The position numbers and the translations under genes were made by a program. 64,000 bases of DNA, taken from assembly GCA_905178155.1 (NCBI GenBank), contig CAJINV010000002.1:4097838-4161837 (forward strand), given 5' to 3'. The stretch comes from Amoebophrya sp. A120 (taxonomy: Eukaryota > Protista > Dinoflagellata). The notes below the pieces were generated by a model. The model did not search any database. It was not told where the DNA came from and worked only from the letters and a program-made list of their open reading frames with translations. Of the stretch, positions 61,401 through 64,000 are shown in pieces; within the stretch, counting starts at the first letter, position 1, and every line of letters begins with the position of its first letter.

Positions 61401-64000
61401 GCCTCATTCCGCCGGCGGTTTGTAATGCTGTTGGTCCTACGGCGTAGACTTTTGTCATGTTGGGCGCCTATGTCAAAACGTCTCTGCTCAGGCTTAGCAT
61501 ATGACTGCAGTCCTCTACTGCAAGACAAGTTTACGCAAATCCAGCATCAGAAGTTTCGTTTTGGCAGAAAAAAAAAGAAAAAAACAAAATGGTCCCCTTG
61601 GTCGTCTCAGCTAGCCCGCAAGGGCCCCGTTCCCGCCAGCCGAAAGGCATGGCGTTGGTTGCTCATCATCTCGTCCTCGCCAGCCCGTAGGCACGGCGCT
61701 GCTATCCTGTCGTCGTTAGCGCGAGTCTTTTACTTGAGAGTGGGAACAGGGTTGCTAAATTAAAGACTGCGCCCGCTAAGGCAGCACCCCCCTTCCCCAA
61801 GGGGCCCCCCGGGGCGGGCGCGGTGGCGGCTCTGCTAACGCGGAGCTCCAAAGTCCGACTCTACCTATGCGCATATAAAGGTAGGGCGCGCGGAAATAGG
61901 TCGGCAAGGTGCTTGAAAGGGGCGTGCTAGCTTTGGGGTTGTCCGTCATCGTGATAGGGTCAACGTGTGTGACCAATAGACCCCCAGTATATTCTAGCGC
62001 GCAACCGACCACAGAAGCAGTAGCGTTCAACGTTTGTAAGAATAACCCAACAAGGCAACGCTGGAGCTCCACCTTGCTCGCGGGCTTGGATGGTAAAGCA
62101 GGTCAGCCACATCTAGCGCCCACTGGCCGTATGCACGCGTAAGAAATCGGAAACGGTTCGGCGGATGCGGTCGGGTGGTACCTGTAGGACGTGGAACGGG
62201 TGTCCGCCTAGGGGTATTGGCAGGGGCTAAATCTGTTCTAACGCCACGGTATTGGCAGAGGCTAAATCTGTTCTAGCGCCGCCCTGACAGGAGTCAATCA
62301 AAGGTCAAAGCGATGCGATACGGTACGGGGCGGGAGGATTTTTCCTTTTGATAGCGCGCCAGCTCGGTTTTCGACTCTTCCCTAAAGCAGAATGAGACGA
62401 ACGTCCCGACCCAAGCTGACCTGATGGAGCTGAAAGCAGACGGCATGATGCTCACGGCAACCGCGTCGCGGTCCGATGGCACCACGTATTCTGCCGCACA
62501 CGTCTTGAAGTACGAAGCGGGGGTCGTCACCGGTTCGGGTCACGACAACGTGATCAACTATTGCGTGAAGCACGGCGACGGGAGTAGTTCCACCCAGCCG
62601 GAATTCGCGGAATACTTCTGGACCGACCGACTTCCGCGGTTCGTGACCAAGATCCGGCTGTTTAAGGAGACGGGGACCAACGGGGATACCATTCAAAACG
62701 CGAAAATTTACCTCGACGACGTTTTGGCCGGGACGCTGCCGAAGAAGATCGCTTCCGGGTCGTCCGTATCAAATGCAAAAATGTCTGTCATGCTGCTTTT
62801 GCATGACACAGAAGGTCTGGCATGGAAGCTCTAGCATCACAGGTTTCGTCGAGAAGCTTCCGCAATGCCGAATCTGCATTACAAGTGCCCGACTTTGATG
62901 ACAGAAAGTAGTCGGCAGCTTTTGCTGCCTATCATGCATGATAGATTTTTATGTGTTGTGAAATGCGCATCACAAATTTGGATTCTTCCAGAGGATCCAG
63001 ACATGTTTGCATTTGATAGGCCGTCTGTGAACCTCTGTTGAACACCGACTACGCGGGCGACGCTGCATATGGATGTGTCAGGATCGAAATCAACAAAATC
63101 GAAATGATTTGTGATGCATAAACGCGATACCAGTTGGAACCTCAGTTTCCAAGTGGCGCATGACAAATTTCGGGAGCATCAAAATCCAGTTTGTCATGCT
63201 GTTTGGGCAAAGAAGACCGCTCCTGTCATGCTACTCCGGCAGCGCGTCGCCCTTCCCTAAATGGGCTTGCAATCGGTCTCATTTATTGCCTGCTACCCAA
63301 CACAGACCTGACTTGCCCTACATTTTACGCATCACAAATTTTTCGATTTTGTCAATTTCAATCCTGACACCCCCATACTGCAACGTCAACGATGACCTCC
63401 GGAAAGACGTGGCAGGAATGCGTCCGCGGCTGTGCGGAAAGCTCCACGTGTATGGCGCGGAAAAATCCCCCCTCCCCATACCAAAGCGGGATACCTTTGA
63501 AAATTTGTGATGCTGATTTGAGACCACAAATCGTCTCCGTATTGCAACAAGGCAAATCCAAAAACCTGGCCGCGTTCTGCAGGTAATTTGTCATGCTGTA
63601 TGGCCTGCGGAGGACATGCCTGCCTTGCTAGGCGCCTACACCAAAACGCACCTTCTCCCGCTTTGTGACTGCCGGCACTCTTCTACTGCAAGACAAGAGA
63701 GCCGATTTGTGTACACAAATCCCGCGTCACAGATTGCAAAATGAGGCGCCATAGGCCAGGTTGAAAGCTTCGATCCAAAAAAGATTCCGACAGCCTGGTA
63801 CTAGACACTGAAAAGAGCAGCTTTTTCCTCTTATATGATAGCCCTTGACTTGTATACTTTGAGATGTTTTTTGACATCACCGGGCCAACTACTGTCAAGG
63901 ACTCTGCAATCAACATTAGGCATGACACAGCAAACAGAATGGAATGAAGCGAGCTACTTGTAATGCATGATAAAGCTATCAGCTATAAAAGGGCGAAGCT
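49474..64000 (+). CDS. Large secreted or surface protein (3' partial): hydrophobic leader, low-complexity stalk, PAN/Apple-like and F5/8-FTP lectin-like domains
   Basis: LLVAVLLILVAAVILIF leader; ORF 51957-53224; Cys motif KVCLQVKDCTAISW; HTDQDSSNAGAWWIASF...FVHKMRWFTR and FVTKIRLFKE...QNAKIYLD. It could be more than one gene. Confidence 0.55.
49834..50784. mobile_element. ~950-bp non-coding TIR element
   Basis: AAGATAGCAAAATC ... GATTTTGCTATCTT perfect 14-bp TIR. Confidence 0.7.
50841..51971. mobile_element. ~1130-bp non-coding element with imperfect ~50-bp TIR and internal 30-bp tandem repeats
   Basis: CCAATTCAAAACGA / TCGTTTTGAATTGG TIR core; AATTCAAACGGTGGG x4 at 51484-51592. Confidence 0.7.
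53225..53547. mobile_element. Introner, family I
   Basis: Family I TIRs; TSD AACTT. Confidence 0.9.
53648..53906. mobile_element. Introner, family H
   Basis: Degenerate family H TIRs; TSD CTGGG. Confidence 0.85.
53963..55050. mobile_element. Expanded family A introner (~1.09 kb)
   Basis: Family A ends; TSD CGGGA/CGGGG; ~800 bp of extra internal sequence. Confidence 0.75.
55200..55695. mobile_element. Family E introner with a nested family C introner (55379-55657)
   Basis: Outer TSD CGGAC/CGAAC; inner TSD CCAAG. Confidence 0.88.
55724..55872. mobile_element. Introner, family D
   Basis: Family D TIRs; TSD CAGAC/CAGGC. Confidence 0.88.
55930..56201. mobile_element. Introner, family A
   Basis: Family A TIRs; TSD CAGCA. 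Confidence 0.88.
56557..56707. mobile_element. Introner, family D
   Basis: Family D TIRs; TSD CCAGT. Confidence 0.87.
56775..57066. mobile_element. Introner, family C
   Basis: Family C TIRs; TSD GATGG/GATTG. Confidence 0.85.
57156..57450. mobile_element. Introner, family C
   Basis: Family C TIRs; TSD decayed. Confidence 0.83.
57523..57793. mobile_element. Introner, family A
   Basis: Family A TIRs; TSD GACAG. Confidence 0.87.
57906..59294. repeat. 45-bp perfect direct repeat flanking a 1.3-kb GC-rich insert inside a family D-like introner (57897-59408)
   Basis: CAAAAGCGTAGTACAGTAGTTGTACTTCTAGTAGTAGTTGCATTT at 57906-57950 and 59250-59294. Confidence 0.92.
59482..59704. mobile_element. Introner, family E
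   Basis: Family E TIRs; TSD TCAGT. Confidence 0.88.
59866..60115. mobile_element. Introner, family H
   Basis: Family H TIRs; TSD TGCCG/TGCCC. Confidence 0.88.
60164..60438. mobile_element. Introner, family A
   Basis: Close relative of the 2293 copy; TSD CTATT. Confidence 0.9.
60904..61173. mobile_element. Introner, family G
   Basis: Family G TIRs; TSD CACAT. Confidence 0.9.
61283..62353. mobile_element. Family I introner carrying a ~750-bp insert
   Basis: Family I left arm to ~61563, unrelated DNA, then right TIR GGGGCGGGAGGATTTTTCCTTTTGATA. Confidence 0.75.
62767..63018. mobile_element. Introner, family A
   Basis: Family A TIRs; TSD GTCCG/GGCCG. Confidence 0.88.
63068..63377. mobile_element. 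Introner, family F
   Basis: Family F TIRs; TSD CTGCA. Confidence 0.9.
63451..63732. mobile_element. Family I introner, right end not in view
   Basis: TATGGCGCGGAAAAATCCCCCTCCCCATA left TIR; body similar to the 22759 copy, then diverges. Confidence 0.75.

Noticed and set aside
1-64000. tRNA, rRNA or spliced-leader genes
   Set aside because: No recognisable cloverleaf, rRNA or DinoSL sequence by eye; a covariance-model scan would be needed to exclude them.

Overview
Eukaryotic, gene-dense DNA with seven protein-coding genes, all on the + strand. Their exons are interrupted by about 65 short (~130-330 bp) introner-like elements with TAT...ATA terminal inverted repeats (TIRs), ~5-bp target-site duplications (TSDs) and a shared internal TTGTVATGC motif. 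This architecture matches what is known for the parasitic alveolate Amoebophrya (Syndiniales); the organism is an inference. Recognisable genes are a type IIA topoisomerase (TOP2) with an unusual GyrA-CTD-like and HMG-box-like tail, a degenerate uricase-OHCU decarboxylase fusion, an EF-hand membrane protein and a large secreted protein with PAN/Apple-like and lectin-like domains. The most unusual signal is a second layer of insertions. At six loci, 0.4-1.7 kb of unrelated cargo DNA is flanked by 37-90 bp duplications of the local host sequence. At three of them the same site was hit repeatedly, giving repeat-cargo-repeat arrays of 3-5 copies. Cargo includes pieces of other host genes, TIR elements and Helitron-like ends. 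Coordinates were read by eye and may be off by a few bases; protein calls rest on motif recognition, not database searches.
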